From Clostridiales bacterium (lineage in GTDB: Bacteria > Bacillota > Clostridia > Christensenellales > CAG-314), in contig JAFLVJ010000001.1 of the NCBI GenBank assembly GCA_022508375.1, positions 66,857-130,856 on the forward strand: a stretch of 64,000 bases of DNA, in the 5' to 3' direction. A program made the translations under genes and the position numbers. Shown piece by piece: positions 1 to 10,177 of this stretch (positions are counted from its first letter, which is position 1; each line of letters starts with the position of its first letter). The notes beneath the pieces were generated by a model. The model had not been told where the DNA came from and searched no databases. It was given only the letters and a program-made list of their open reading frames with translations.

Positions 1-659
1 TAACTCATCTGCAACACGGTTGCAACATCCGAAACTGCCACGGGATTGGCAACACACACACCGCATACGTCCGTCCAGTTTTCGTACAGCGTGCTATCAG
101 TTGCCGCGGCGACAATAGCACCGCTTACGTCGCTTCCTCCGCGCGAAAAAGTTTGTCTTACGCCGGTTGCGCAACCGCCGTAAAAACCGCCCATCACGTA
201 CAGGTGCGCCCCCTGAACGCTTTGACGAATATTGCTGTAAGTTTCTTCCACATTGAGGTTGCCGTCGCTGTTAAAGCGCACAACCTGCTCCGCTTCAAGA
301 AACTGCGCTTGGAAAAACGCCGCAACCACCCTTGCCGACAGTTCTTCGCCGAGTGACGCACAGTACTGCAAACTATATAGCGTTGCCCTACTTCGGGCAT
401 CTGCTAACAGCGCGTCAATGTCAACGTCAATCGCATTAACTTTCACAAGTCTTCGATATTTGTCGGCAATCTTGCACCAAATATCCTTTGACGGATTGTG
501 ATAGTAGCTAATAAGCAAGTCTGTTGTTTTGGTGTCAGTTTGATATTCCTTACCAACCGCACTTACAACTATACACTTGTGAAAAGGCGTAACAATTTCT
601 TTCAAACGCATTAAGTTGCCTGCCGTTATTGCCGTTCCGCCGAATTTCGCCGTAATCAT
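1..659 (-). CDS. aspartate kinase, N-terminal part (gene continues beyond left edge)
   Basis: Manual reverse translation from ATG at 657-659 gives MITAKFGGTAI...FSRGGSDVSGAIVAAA...WTDVCGVCVANP, the amino-acid-kinase/aspartokinase pattern. It is missing from the ORF track because no stop lies inside the window. Confidence 0.8.
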   Translation of the reverse strand, partial: MITAKFGGTAITAGNLMRLKEIVTPFHKCIVVSAVGKEYQTDTKTTDLLISYYHNPSKDIWCKIADKYRRLVKVNAIDVDIDALLADARSRATLYSLQYCASLGEELSARVVAAFFQAQFLEAEQVVRFNSDGNLNVEETYSNIRQSVQGAHLYVMGGFYGGCATGVRQTFSRGGSDVSGAIVAAATDSTLYENWTDVCGVCVANPVAVSDVATVLQMS

Positions 660-707
660 GCTTTACTTTATGAAATATAATGACAAAATAGACAGCAAAT
701 TACCTGC

Positions 708-744
708 ATAAAAAAAGGACGCGTTGCTTTAAGCAACACATCCT
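708..744 (-). terminator. rho-independent terminator after the cdaA/small-ORF transcript
   Basis: On the minus strand, the 12-bp stem AGGAUGUGUUGC/GCAACGCGUCCU (two G-U pairs) is followed by UUUUUUUAU. Confidence 0.7.
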
Positions 745-786
745 AAACTACATACCTAATATATAATTTTTTTTCTAAAACACCCA

Positions 787-900
787 TTTGAGTTGAGCGG
801 GTAGAAGCGAGCAAGACGAGACGTTCACCCCACTTTACACCTGCATACCGAAGTAACGTTAAACTAACAAACGGGTGGGCCGAGTGTGTTACAACTCAAA
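787..900 (+). repeat. family A structured intergenic repeat, copy A1 (divergent)
   Basis: Closing inverted repeat TTTGAGTTG...CAACTCAAA. The core TAGAAGCGAGCAAGACGA is shared with the copies at 3677, 19058, 20525, 40747 and 50173. Confidence 0.6.
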
Positions 901-963
901 ACAATCTGCAACGAGTGTGCTTGCACACAAAGTGAAGCCGTTTTGAGCGAAATACACGATGTC

Positions 964-1089
964 TCAAACGCAATAGGCAACAAGAAGTACTACCATCACT
1001 GCGCAAACAATGGCAAGTAGTAACAATACAAAGTAATGCTTGAAAAAGTGTCCAACTCTTTGACCTGCTGTCATTCCTTTCTTTTTCAT
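964..1089 (-). CDS. 41-aa single-pass membrane peptide, translationally coupled to cdaA
   Basis: Too short for the ORF track. It reads MKKKGMTAGQRVGHFFKHYFVLLLLAIVCAVMVVLLVAYCV. Its ATG overlaps the cdaA TGA (ATGA at 1086-1089) and a GGGGGGAA SD lies 6 nt upstream. Confidence 0.5.
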   Translation of the reverse strand: MKKKGMTAGQRVGHFFKHYFVLLLLAIVCAVMVVLLVAYCV

Positions 1090-1937
1090 CTATTTTCCCC
1101 CCAAATCTTGTCTTCGGCGCTTTCGTCCGCTAGTCCCAAAGCGCATTCCAATATCGATTGCAATAGCTTTGCGTCAAGATAACGCTTGACCTTGTTATCG
1201 TGCACGGCGGAAATAATACCCGTTTCCTCGCTGACCACTATTGCCGTTACACCGGGGAAAGCCCCTGATACACCGATTGCCGCACGGTGACGCGTTCCAA
1301 ACTCACGGGGAAGGTTTTGCGCCTGTGTGAGGGGCAAATAGCAACCTGCCGCCACCACTCTGTTACCGGTGATAATCACCGCTCCGTCGTGCAAAGGCGT
1401 CTTGGGGAAAAACATTGTTTCCAACAGTTCGGCAGTGATTTCGGCGTTTACGCGAATACCGCTGTCCAGTATTTCATCAGATATATTGTCGGCAAATACG
1501 ATAAGTGCGCCGGTATCAGTCTTGCTCATACGAAGGCAAGCCTTGATAATTTCGTTGGTGGATTTAGTCAAATCCTCACTGCCGTATTGGGCAGGAGAAC
1601 CGTCCTTGTTTAGCTTGCGTCCGCCGGAAGTTCGGAAAATATTGCGGTTTATATCCTGCGTAAACAATACGATGCTCATTACGCACAGCACAACCAACGC
1701 GAAGTAAACGTAAAAAGTCAACTCACTTGCGGAAGTCAAAAATGCCACTCCAAACAGCACAAATATTACCAACGCCACCAAAAGAGTGTACAGTCGGAGA
1801 TTGCGTTTTTTTGCATAGCAGAAAAACAAAAAGAACACAAAAGTTGCCATAACGACGAATATTGCATAACTGATCGTCGTCATGAGATTGTCCATTTGCG
1901 TGATATTCGCAACAAATTTTTTCAAAAATTCCAGCAT
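1086..1937 (-). CDS. cdaA: diadenylate cyclase CdaA (three N-terminal TM helices plus a DAC domain)
   Basis: DAC-domain motifs GALIVF, PLHDGAVII and GTRHRAA, with an N-terminal hydrophobic region. Confidence 0.9.
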   Translation of the reverse strand: MLEFLKKFVANITQMDNLMTTISYAIFVVMATFVFFLFFCYAKKRNLRLYTLLVALVIFVLFGVAFLTSASELTFYVYFALVVLCVMSIVLFTQDINRNIFRTSGGRKLNKDGSPAQYGSEDLTKSTNEIIKACLRMSKTDTGALIVFADNISDEILDSGIRVNAEITAELLETMFFPKTPLHDGAVIITGNRVVAAGCYLPLTQAQNLPREFGTRHRAAIGVSGAFPGVTAIVVSEETGIISAVHDNKVKRYLDAKLLQSILECALGLADESAEDKIWGENR

Positions 1938-2136
1938 ACTAAATCATCAACCTTTTAGGGTATATATACATTACTGGATATATATTACTATATTTCAATG
2001 AAAAAATAAAGCATATTGCAAGTTTTTTTGTAGGAAATTTAGCATTTAAACAACATTTGATGCTATTTAGCTCAAAGCTATAAAGTAAGATAAGTTTTGC
2101 AAGGCGCGCATACAATATGGCTAGGAGGAAAACGAA

Positions 2137-3024
2137 ATGAAATTGGCAATTGTCGGCTACGGAAACTTAGGGAAAAGTCTGGAAAAGGAAATTGACAAGC
2201 GTACAGATTTAATGCTTACGGCAATCTACTCGAGAAGAACCTTGGATAACGGGCGGTACCGCCCGCTACAGTCAATTGCGACAACGCATGACTTCGACGT
2301 GGCATTGCTTGCCCTAGGAAGCTACAATGATATTGCCGAATATGCAACAACGTTTGCGCAACTGGATACGGTGGATAGTTTCGACACTCACGCAAAGATT
2401 GCCGATTACAAAAAGGCTGTCGGCGACGTTAAAAAGGACAGCCTGTCCATCATTTCCACAGGATGGGACCCGGGACTGTTGAGCCTTGCACGGGCAACGT
2501 TTGGTATCGGCGGAGGGGAAAGCGTTACGCTGTGGGGCGAAGGCGTGTCGCAAGGACACTCCAACGCGATACGGAGCATACGTGGCGTTATCGACGCCGT
2601 ACAGTTTACGCGTCCAAAGCCCAACGCCGATGAGCGCATATCAAACGGAGAAAGGAACAGCGCCAAGCTACACGACCGCATTTGCTACGTGGCGTGTATT
2701 GAAGCAGACAAACAACGCATAAAAAGAGAAATTGTCACCATGCCCGACTACTTCGCAGATTACGACACCGAGGTTATATTCACCACTCCCAACGAGGTAC
2801 GCCAACTGAAACAGCGCACCGCTCACCGCGGACAGGTCGTAACCGTTGGTGATGGTTTTTACGTCAAGACGGACGTGCGGCTAGATTGCAACACCGATTA
2901 CACGGCAAAAATCATGCTTGCTTACGCCGAGGCACTACCGCGCTTGAAAACGGACGGCTACCGCGGCGCACTGGACGTATTTGACATTCCATTGAAATAC
3001 TTGGTAGATAGACCGCTGATTTAA
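2137..3024 (+). CDS. ddh: meso-diaminopimelate D-dehydrogenase
   Basis: MKLAIVGYGNLGKS..., STGWDPGLLS and WGEGVSQGHSNAIRSIRGV resemble Corynebacterium Ddh. An AGGAGG RBS is present. Confidence 0.9.
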   Translation: MKLAIVGYGNLGKSLEKEIDKRTDLMLTAIYSRRTLDNGRYRPLQSIATTHDFDVALLALGSYNDIAEYATTFAQLDTVDSFDTHAKIADYKKAVGDVKKDSLSIISTGWDPGLLSLARATFGIGGGESVTLWGEGVSQGHSNAIRSIRGVIDAVQFTRPKPNADERISNGERNSAKLHDRICYVACIEADKQRIKREIVTMPDYFADYDTEVIFTTPNEVRQLKQRTAHRGQVVTVGDGFYVKTDVRLDCNTDYTAKIMLAYAEALPRLKTDGYRGALDVFDIPLKYLVDRPLI

Positions 3025-3051
3025 TTTGCCTTTTGCAACAATTGACAGCGC

Positions 3052-3098
3052 AAAAAAAAGGGACTTGTCGCTATAAATAACGACAAGTCCTGCTTTTA
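3052..3098. terminator. bidirectional terminator hairpin between ddh and the dCMP deaminase gene
   Basis: The 10-bp stem GGACTTGTCG...CGACAAGTCC is flanked by an A-run and a T-rich tail. Confidence 0.7.
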
Positions 3099-3145
3099 TA
3101 AATCAGGATTAAAATTGTATAACGTCTGTTTTACAACGTACACGT

Positions 3146-3589
3146 CTAAAATTTGTCTAGTTGAACGTTGGCTTCGTTAAGTATCTCCACCGCAAATTGG
3201 TCGGGATATCCTTCCTTGTACACTACGCGTTTTATCCCGGCGTTGACGATAAGCTTAGCGCATATCACGCAAGGTTGATGTGTGCAATACAAGGTTCCAC
3301 CGCTCAGATTTACACCCATACGGGCGGCGTTGACAATGGCGTTTTGTTCGGCGTGTACCGAGTAGCACGTTTCCAAATGCGTTGCGCTGGTAATACCCAT
3401 CTTTTGACGGAGGCACTCACCCTTTTCCTTGCAGCTCTTGACGCCTTCGGGCGCACCGTTGTAGCCTGTAGATAATATTCGGTTATCCCTTACTATTACC
3501 GCACCTACTTGACGGTCTGCCTTGAAACAACTCGACCAAGTTGCAACCTGCTCGGTAAGTTCCATAAACCGCTTATCCCACTTGTTCAT
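3146..3589 (-). CDS. comEB: dCMP deaminase (ComEB-type cytidine/deoxycytidylate deaminase)
   Basis: Zinc motifs HAEQNA and PCVICAKLIVNAGI. The start is moved to MNKWDKRF, which follows a GGGGGA RBS. Confidence 0.85.
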   Translation of the reverse strand: MNKWDKRFMELTEQVATWSSCFKADRQVGAVIVRDNRILSTGYNGAPEGVKSCKEKGECLRQKMGITSATHLETCYSVHAEQNAIVNAARMGVNLSGGTLYCTHQPCVICAKLIVNAGIKRVVYKEGYPDQFAVEILNEANVQLDKF

Positions 3590-3676
3590 ATTTACAATCC
3601 CCCAGTCGCATAGGTTGCGACAGCCCCCTTTGCACAAGGGGGCCTATTGTTTTTTTATAATACAAATTATCTTTTT

Positions 3677-3799
3677 TTGAGGTGGTAGAAGCAAGGTAGG
3701 CGAGGCGCACGAGGCTTGACCGACAGGAGCGTACTTAGCGTACGTGACCGAGGGCAAACGCAAGTGGAACAAAGCATACCGCCGCTTATTCCGCCTCAA
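3677..3799 (+). repeat. family A structured intergenic repeat, copy A2
   Basis: It resembles the copy at 40747-40869 very closely. Closing stem TTGAGGTGG/CCGCCTCAA, with an internal hairpin CGTAC-TTAGC-GTACG. It abuts the stop codon of the upstream minus-strand gene. Confidence 0.8.
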
Positions 3800-3801
3800 A
3801 A

Positions 3802-4698
3802 TTAATACTTTTGTTTGCGAATAGTTCCATCCATCTTATGGATGACAATGCTACCGTCTTGGTTTTTAGCCTTTTCCTTGGCGAATTCAATAGCTTCCGC
3901 TTGCGTATCGAAAAGTTTCAATGCCTTTTCGCCCTTGCTAAGCTTTACTTGCCACTTGCCGTCGTCGCGAGATGAAATGTGGTAAACCTTTGGACGGGCT
4001 TTTTCTTCCTCGGCGGGAGCTTCCTCTTTTGCAGGCTTTGCTGCGGGTTCTGCCTTCTTAGCGGGAGCTTTTTTAACTTCCTCTTTCTTGGCGGGTTCAG
4101 CTTTCTTAGCAGGAGCTTTCTTAGAGGTTTCTTTCTTGGATTCGTCCTTCTTAGCAGCTTCCTTTTCGGCGTTAGCCTTAGCAAGAGCAGCTTTGTATTC
4201 CGCTGCAGCGGTCTGTCTTCTCTTTACGGGAGCTTTTTCTTCATCGTCTTTTTCGTAAGCGACGCCGTCTTCATCATCTTCGTCCTCGTCGTCTTCGATT
4301 TCTTCCACGTGGTAAATCAAAGTGCGAGCTTCTTCAGCTGCAGATGAGGATTTAGTTGCGGAAGCCTTGTTTTCAGCAGGTTTAGACTCTTTCGCTGCGG
4401 GAGCAGGTTGAGAAGCCTTGCTTTCTTCCGCTTTGGGTGTTTCTTTTTGTTCTTCGGGTTTGGACTCCTCAGCTTTTGTTTCTTCAGCCTTGGGTTCCTC
4501 GGGTTTTTGCTCCTTACTTTCGTTTGCTTTTTCGGATTTGCGCAAACGTGACTTCGTGCGAGCAAGAGCAACGATAAGGCAAATCAAGATGATTACCAAT
4601 ACAAACGCTGCAACCGCAAGGATGTGCCACAAAAGCACGTCGAAACCGCCGACAGTAAATATGGGCGCGCCATAGTCTGATCTCATTACATTCAACAT
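3802..4698 (-). CDS. membrane-anchored protein with a K/E/A/P-rich low-complexity region and a C-terminal DUF2188-like domain
   Basis: N-terminal TM helix (LLWHILAVAAFVLVIILICLIVALA) and a long charged repeat region. The C-terminus, VYHISSRDDGKWQVKLSKGEKALKLFDTQAEAIEFAKEKAKNQ, resembles DUF2188. An AAGGAG RBS is present. Confidence 0.7.
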   Translation of the reverse strand: MLNVMRSDYGAPIFTVGGFDVLLWHILAVAAFVLVIILICLIVALARTKSRLRKSEKANESKEQKPEEPKAEETKAEESKPEEQKETPKAEESKASQPAPAAKESKPAENKASATKSSSAAEEARTLIYHVEEIEDDEDEDDEDGVAYEKDDEEKAPVKRRQTAAAEYKAALAKANAEKEAAKKDESKKETSKKAPAKKAEPAKKEEVKKAPAKKAEPAAKPAKEEAPAEEEKARPKVYHISSRDDGKWQVKLSKGEKALKLFDTQAEAIEFAKEKAKNQDGSIVIHKMDGTIRKQKY

Positions 4699-4830
4699 AA
4701 TAATGCTCCTTAATATTATTCCTGTAATATTATAGCATTATATGTAAAAAATAACAATCTTTTTTTTTAAAATATTTTGATAAAAAATAACTAATCGGCA
4801 AAAAATGAGCCAAAACAACAAGCAATTATC

Positions 4831-4858
4831 TTGACAATTTGCAATTCCGTGATATAAT
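4831..4858 (+). promoter_or_regulatory. sigma-A type promoter of groESL
   Basis: TTGACA at 4831-4836, a 16-nt spacer, then TGATATAAT (extended -10) with TATAAT at 4853-4858. Confidence 0.75.
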
Positions 4859-4862
4859 ATAA

Positions 4863-4889
4863 TTAGCAGTCGAGAGTCTTGACTGCTAA
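4863..4889 (+). promoter_or_regulatory. CIRCE operator (HrcA binding site)
   Basis: TTAGCAGTC-N9-GACTGCTAA is a perfect inverted repeat. It matches the CIRCE consensus TTAGCACTC-N9-GAGTGCTAA with one compensated change, and it lies between the promoter and groES. Confidence 0.9.
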
Positions 4890-4922
4890 CCAATTGGATA
4901 ATACTAGTTTTGGAGGCAAAAT

Positions 4923-6838
<1,916 letters not shown>

Positions 6839-6866
6839 TTACCGACCAAACGCAATATTAAATAAC

Positions 6867-6902
6867 AAAGGACACTTGAATTCAATTAAGTGTCCTTTTT
6901 TC
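6867..6902. terminator. bidirectional terminator between groEL and the ABC-F gene
   Basis: The hairpin AAAGGACACTT...AAGTGTCCTTT is followed by a T-run. Confidence 0.8.
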
Positions 6903-6905
6903 TGA

Positions 6906-8369
6906 TTACAATTGCACAACTTTTGTCGCTAACAAATCACGAAAGAATTTGTCATGTTCGACAAATAGCATTGTAGGATGGAACTCGCGTATCAAATTTT
7001 CTACTTGCATACGCGAATAAACGTCGATAAAGTTAAGAGGCTCATCCCACACATATATATGTGCTCGCTCGCACAAACTTTTGGCAATTAGCACCTTTTT
7101 CTTTTGTCCTCCCGAAAAGTCGCCTATATCTTTGTCAAACTGCTCACGGGAAAAATCAAGCTTGCGCAGTATCGCAAAAAACAAACTTTCTTCCAAGCCG
7201 TGATTTAATGCAAATTCTTTAAGTTTACCGCACAGCTGAGACGTATCTTGCGAAACGTAAGAGATGTTGAGTCCGCTACCGACAAATAATCTCCCATTAT
7301 ACGGCACATTTTCCCCTAACAACAATTTAACAAGACTGCTTTTGCCACTACCGTTTTTACCTGAAAGAGCAATTTGATCACCGCGCTTGATTTCAAACGA
7401 AACATTGCTACAAACAGTTTTTCCGTTGTAGCATATTGAAACATTGTCAAAAACAGCTAATGTTTCCGCTCTGTAATTTTGCGGAAATATTTTTAATGAC
7501 TCGGCGGTTTCTACATTTTTTAACAGTTGCGATTTTTGGTCTATTGCCCTTTGCTGACGGCGTTCTATTGCTTTAGCACGTTGCATCATTATTGCCGCAC
7601 AATGCCCAACGTAGCCCTTATCGCCTGCGCCTTTTTTATTCTTTTCTATTTTGTCTGCCCAATCTGCGGTTTGGCGCGTTGCCTGTTTGAGATTGGCTAT
7701 TTCTGATTTTAAACGCTCGTTTTGCATTGATTCAAACTTTTGCTGATTTTCGAAGTTTGTCATAAAGGTACTGAAATTGCCCTTCTGCACTTCTATATTA
7801 GATTTGTTAAGCGACAGAACATGGTCAATGCAACCGTCCAAGAAATATCTATCATGCGATACAAGAATAAAACCCTTTTTTCCGTTGAGATATCGCGAAA
7901 CCGTTTGTCGTCCTTCATAATCAAGATGGTTTGTAGGCTCATCAATAAGCAGAAAATGATTTTCCTTCAAAAACAATGCCACAAGCAACACCTTTGTCTG
8001 TTCTCCCTTTGATAAAGTAGAAAACGGTCTGTATAAAACGTCTGTTGCATCTATATTAATGCTGTTACACTCCTTTATAAATTGCCACTCTTGCGCTTCG
8101 GGACTGATTTCGTTCAGCACATCAACTGTGAGCTTTTCTTCATCCGGTACTACAAATGGAAAGTAGTCAAACTGAACAGACCTGGTTATGTTACCTTCAT
8201 AAGCATATTTGTTCATGAGCAAATTTAGAAACGTTGTTTTACCTCTGCCATTTCTTCCTATAAAACCAAGCTTCCAATCAGTATCAATTGCGAAACTGAC
8301 ATTTTCAAAAACATTGTTATAACTGCCCGGATATGCGAAAGTTAAATTATCTACTTTAATTAATGACAT
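6906..8369 (-). CDS. ABC-F ATPase of the Lsa/ARE type (candidate ribosomal-protection protein)
   Basis: Two ABC cassettes without TM domains. MSLIKVDNLTFAYPG...WKLGFIGRNGRGKTT..., FSTLSKGEQTKVLL and LLIDEPTNHLD resemble Lsa(A). The start is set at MSLIK after a GGAGGA RBS. The gene is visibly AT-richer than its neighbours. Confidence 0.85.
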   Translation of the reverse strand: MSLIKVDNLTFAYPGSYNNVFENVSFAIDTDWKLGFIGRNGRGKTTFLNLLMNKYAYEGNITRSVQFDYFPFVVPDEEKLTVDVLNEISPEAQEWQFIKECNSINIDATDVLYRPFSTLSKGEQTKVLLVALFLKENHFLLIDEPTNHLDYEGRQTVSRYLNGKKGFILVSHDRYFLDGCIDHVLSLNKSNIEVQKGNFSTFMTNFENQQKFESMQNERLKSEIANLKQATRQTADWADKIEKNKKGAGDKGYVGHCAAIMMQRAKAIERRQQRAIDQKSQLLKNVETAESLKIFPQNYRAETLAVFDNVSICYNGKTVCSNVSFEIKRGDQIALSGKNGSGKSSLVKLLLGENVPYNGRLFVGSGLNISYVSQDTSQLCGKLKEFALNHGLEESLFFAILRKLDFSREQFDKDIGDFSGGQKKKVLIAKSLCERAHIYVWDEPLNFIDVYSRMQVENLIREFHPTMLFVEHDKFFRDLLATKVVQL

Positions 8370-8378
8370 ATCATCCTC

Positions 8379-8418
8379 CAAAACAAAAAATATAGTCGCA
8401 AGAAGGTTTCTTGCGACT
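8379..8418 (-). terminator. leader attenuator terminator immediately upstream of the ABC-F RBS
   Basis: On the minus strand, AGUCGCAAGAA-ACC-UUCUUGCGACU (11-bp stem) is followed by AUAUUUUUUGUUUU, then GGAGGA and the ATG. Confidence 0.7.
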
Positions 8419-8587
8419 TGCGTAAAATTCATATTAACTACAATTCACATTTGCGCAAAATTGCCACATAACGGAGCAATAATTTGCGCTTAAATTAATG
8501 TAGAGTTGATTTGTTAAACGAAAAGATGTGAAACTATCTTGCAAAAGAGCATACTATCCCCCAAAAGAGATAGATCGCTTATTCAAA

Positions 8588-8611
8588 TTATTTGCAAGAA
8601 TTATTTACCAT
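8588..8611 (-). CDS. candidate 7-aa leader peptide MVNNSCK of the ABC-F attenuator
   Basis: ATG GTA AAT AAT TCT TGC AAA TAA is preceded by AAGGCGGTGA. Its TTCTTGC is identical to the 3' arm of the downstream terminator. Confidence 0.4.
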   Translation of the reverse strand: MVNNSCK

Positions 8612-8643
8612 CTTTTCACCGCCTTTTTGTTAAGGTTGTTTAT

Positions 8644-8672
8644 AATATATCAAATTTATTCGTAAACGTCAA
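8644..8672 (-). promoter_or_regulatory. promoter of the ABC-F leader
   Basis: On the minus strand, TTGACG (8672-8667), a 17-nt spacer, then TATATT (8649-8644) preceded by TG. Confidence 0.55.
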
Positions 8673-8683
8673 GATTTTGAGTG

Positions 8684-9577
8684 CTATACAGCAATTGCAC
8701 CACAAATAAAATAGGAACAAACTCCGAGCACGACTCCTGCGCCGTACATGATTGCAAGTATGACAAGATTTCGACGCCAGTGCTTGCGGTCCTTAAACAG
8801 TATTGCAAGCGCAATACCGCTATTTGATACAAGTCCGGCAAGCATTGCGGGAAGCTCGATTATTTTATCTACATACATACCCGTAATTATCACGCTACTT
8901 GCGCAGTTGGGTATAAGTCCTATTAGCGCCGTGAAAAAGCTTTGCGCAAATCCAAGCTTGGCGGTAAACCCTGTAATTTCATCCTGAAAGTAATAAAGTA
9001 ACAACCCGAAAATTGCGTTTATTACAAAGATATAAACGAAGATTTTGAGAGTGTGCAGTAAGGGATGTTTTACAAAATTCCAAAAACGGTTTGCTTTTTT
9101 CTCATTTTCGTGGCTTTCGTGACTCTCGTTAACGTCATGATTGCAGCAGCCCACTTCTTCGCTGAGTTGATACTCGGTAGCTAACTTTCGCCTATCAATT
9201 AAGTTTATCAAGTATCCGAGTAATATGGCGTAAACAATCTTGACAAGCAACACTATCCACACCACTCCGATTGTCTTGCCGTTAGTTAACAGTATCGGCA
9301 ACGCCTCATCGCTTGTAGCTACGAAAAAGGCTATGAGCGTACCCATCTTGAGGTAATCCTGACAGTACAGGTCGGTAGCCATCACGGAAAAACCGCATTG
9401 CGGAATAAGCCCCACACCGCTTGCCACCATAGGCGCAAGCTTTCCGTTTAGGAGCCTTACCGTCTTCAACTTCGCCTTTTCATTTCGCTCCAGAAACTCA
9501 ATAAGCAGATATATCACGAGCAAAAAAGGCGCGGCTATGGAGCTGTCTATTAGCGCATCAAGCACTACGTCCCACAT
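8684..9577 (-). CDS. ArsP_2 / putative manganese or heavy-metal transporter family permease
   Basis: MWDVVLDALIDS...GLIPQCGFSVMA...ATSDEALPILL...GLIPNCASSV, the duplicated IP(Q/N)C motif, is typical of the PF11449-type 10-TM family (from memory). Confidence 0.65.
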   Translation of the reverse strand: MWDVVLDALIDSSIAAPFLLVIYLLIEFLERNEKAKLKTVRLLNGKLAPMVASGVGLIPQCGFSVMATDLYCQDYLKMGTLIAFFVATSDEALPILLTNGKTIGVVWIVLLVKIVYAILLGYLINLIDRRKLATEYQLSEEVGCCNHDVNESHESHENEKKANRFWNFVKHPLLHTLKIFVYIFVINAIFGLLLYYFQDEITGFTAKLGFAQSFFTALIGLIPNCASSVIITGMYVDKIIELPAMLAGLVSNSGIALAILFKDRKHWRRNLVILAIMYGAGVVLGVCSYFICGAIAV

Positions 9578-9591
9578 GAATTCCTCTCAAA

Positions 9592-10128
9592 TTATACTTT
9601 TTGCTTTACCCGTATAACGTCAACCAAGTCAATGACGTATATCCTGTCGTCACCTGTATCGTGCAACACGTAAACCTCTTTACCGTTGTAATAAACCATT
9701 GATACCGGCGACGGATCAAATGATATTGTTGAAAACATTATCGACGTATCTCTGTAAATCGAGCCTTTATCCAAGTCAATACGCACGGAGTAATATATTC
9801 TGCCCCTGCGGTACCAACATGTATTAACTTGCTCAAGCTTGACGCGATACACAGGACACTGCTCCGCTACGCTTACGACGCGCTTATAACATGAGTAGTT
9901 GTAGATTGCTATACCGAAAAATACACATAAAAGTAACGGAAACAATCCGTATATTTCAATAAGTATAAAAATGTCCAATTCTGCATCTAATAAATTTACC
10001 AGTAAACAAAGCGCTACAAACACGACAGAAAAAATACAAGCAAATATCAGGTAAAATTTCATCCTAAATTTGCGCCACCTGCATTCGACGCTGTTTTTGG
10101 CTTGCTCTTTGGTTATGGAATAAGTCAT
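9592..10128 (-). CDS. two-TM membrane protein, paralog 1 of a tandem pair, function unknown
   Basis: ITKEQAKNSVECRWRKF, two TM helices, and a C-terminal beta-rich domain ending VYVLHDTGDDRIYVIDLVD. A GAGGTGA RBS is present. Confidence 0.7.
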   Translation of the reverse strand: MTYSITKEQAKNSVECRWRKFRMKFYLIFACIFSVVFVALCLLVNLLDAELDIFILIEIYGLFPLLLCVFFGIAIYNYSCYKRVVSVAEQCPVYRVKLEQVNTCWYRRGRIYYSVRIDLDKGSIYRDTSIMFSTISFDPSPVSMVYYNGKEVYVLHDTGDDRIYVIDLVDVIRVKQKV

Positions 10129-10177
10129 GTCAACATTTCACCTCACACAATTGATGTCACGGTTAAGTCTATTTATT

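Noticed and set aside
3979-4571. Periodic sequence that looked like a tandem repeat array, plus several overlapping ORFs in other frames
   Set aside because: The periodicity comes from K/E/A/P low-complexity coding sequence within the 3802-4698 gene. There is no spacer/repeat organisation, so it is not a CRISPR array or satellite.
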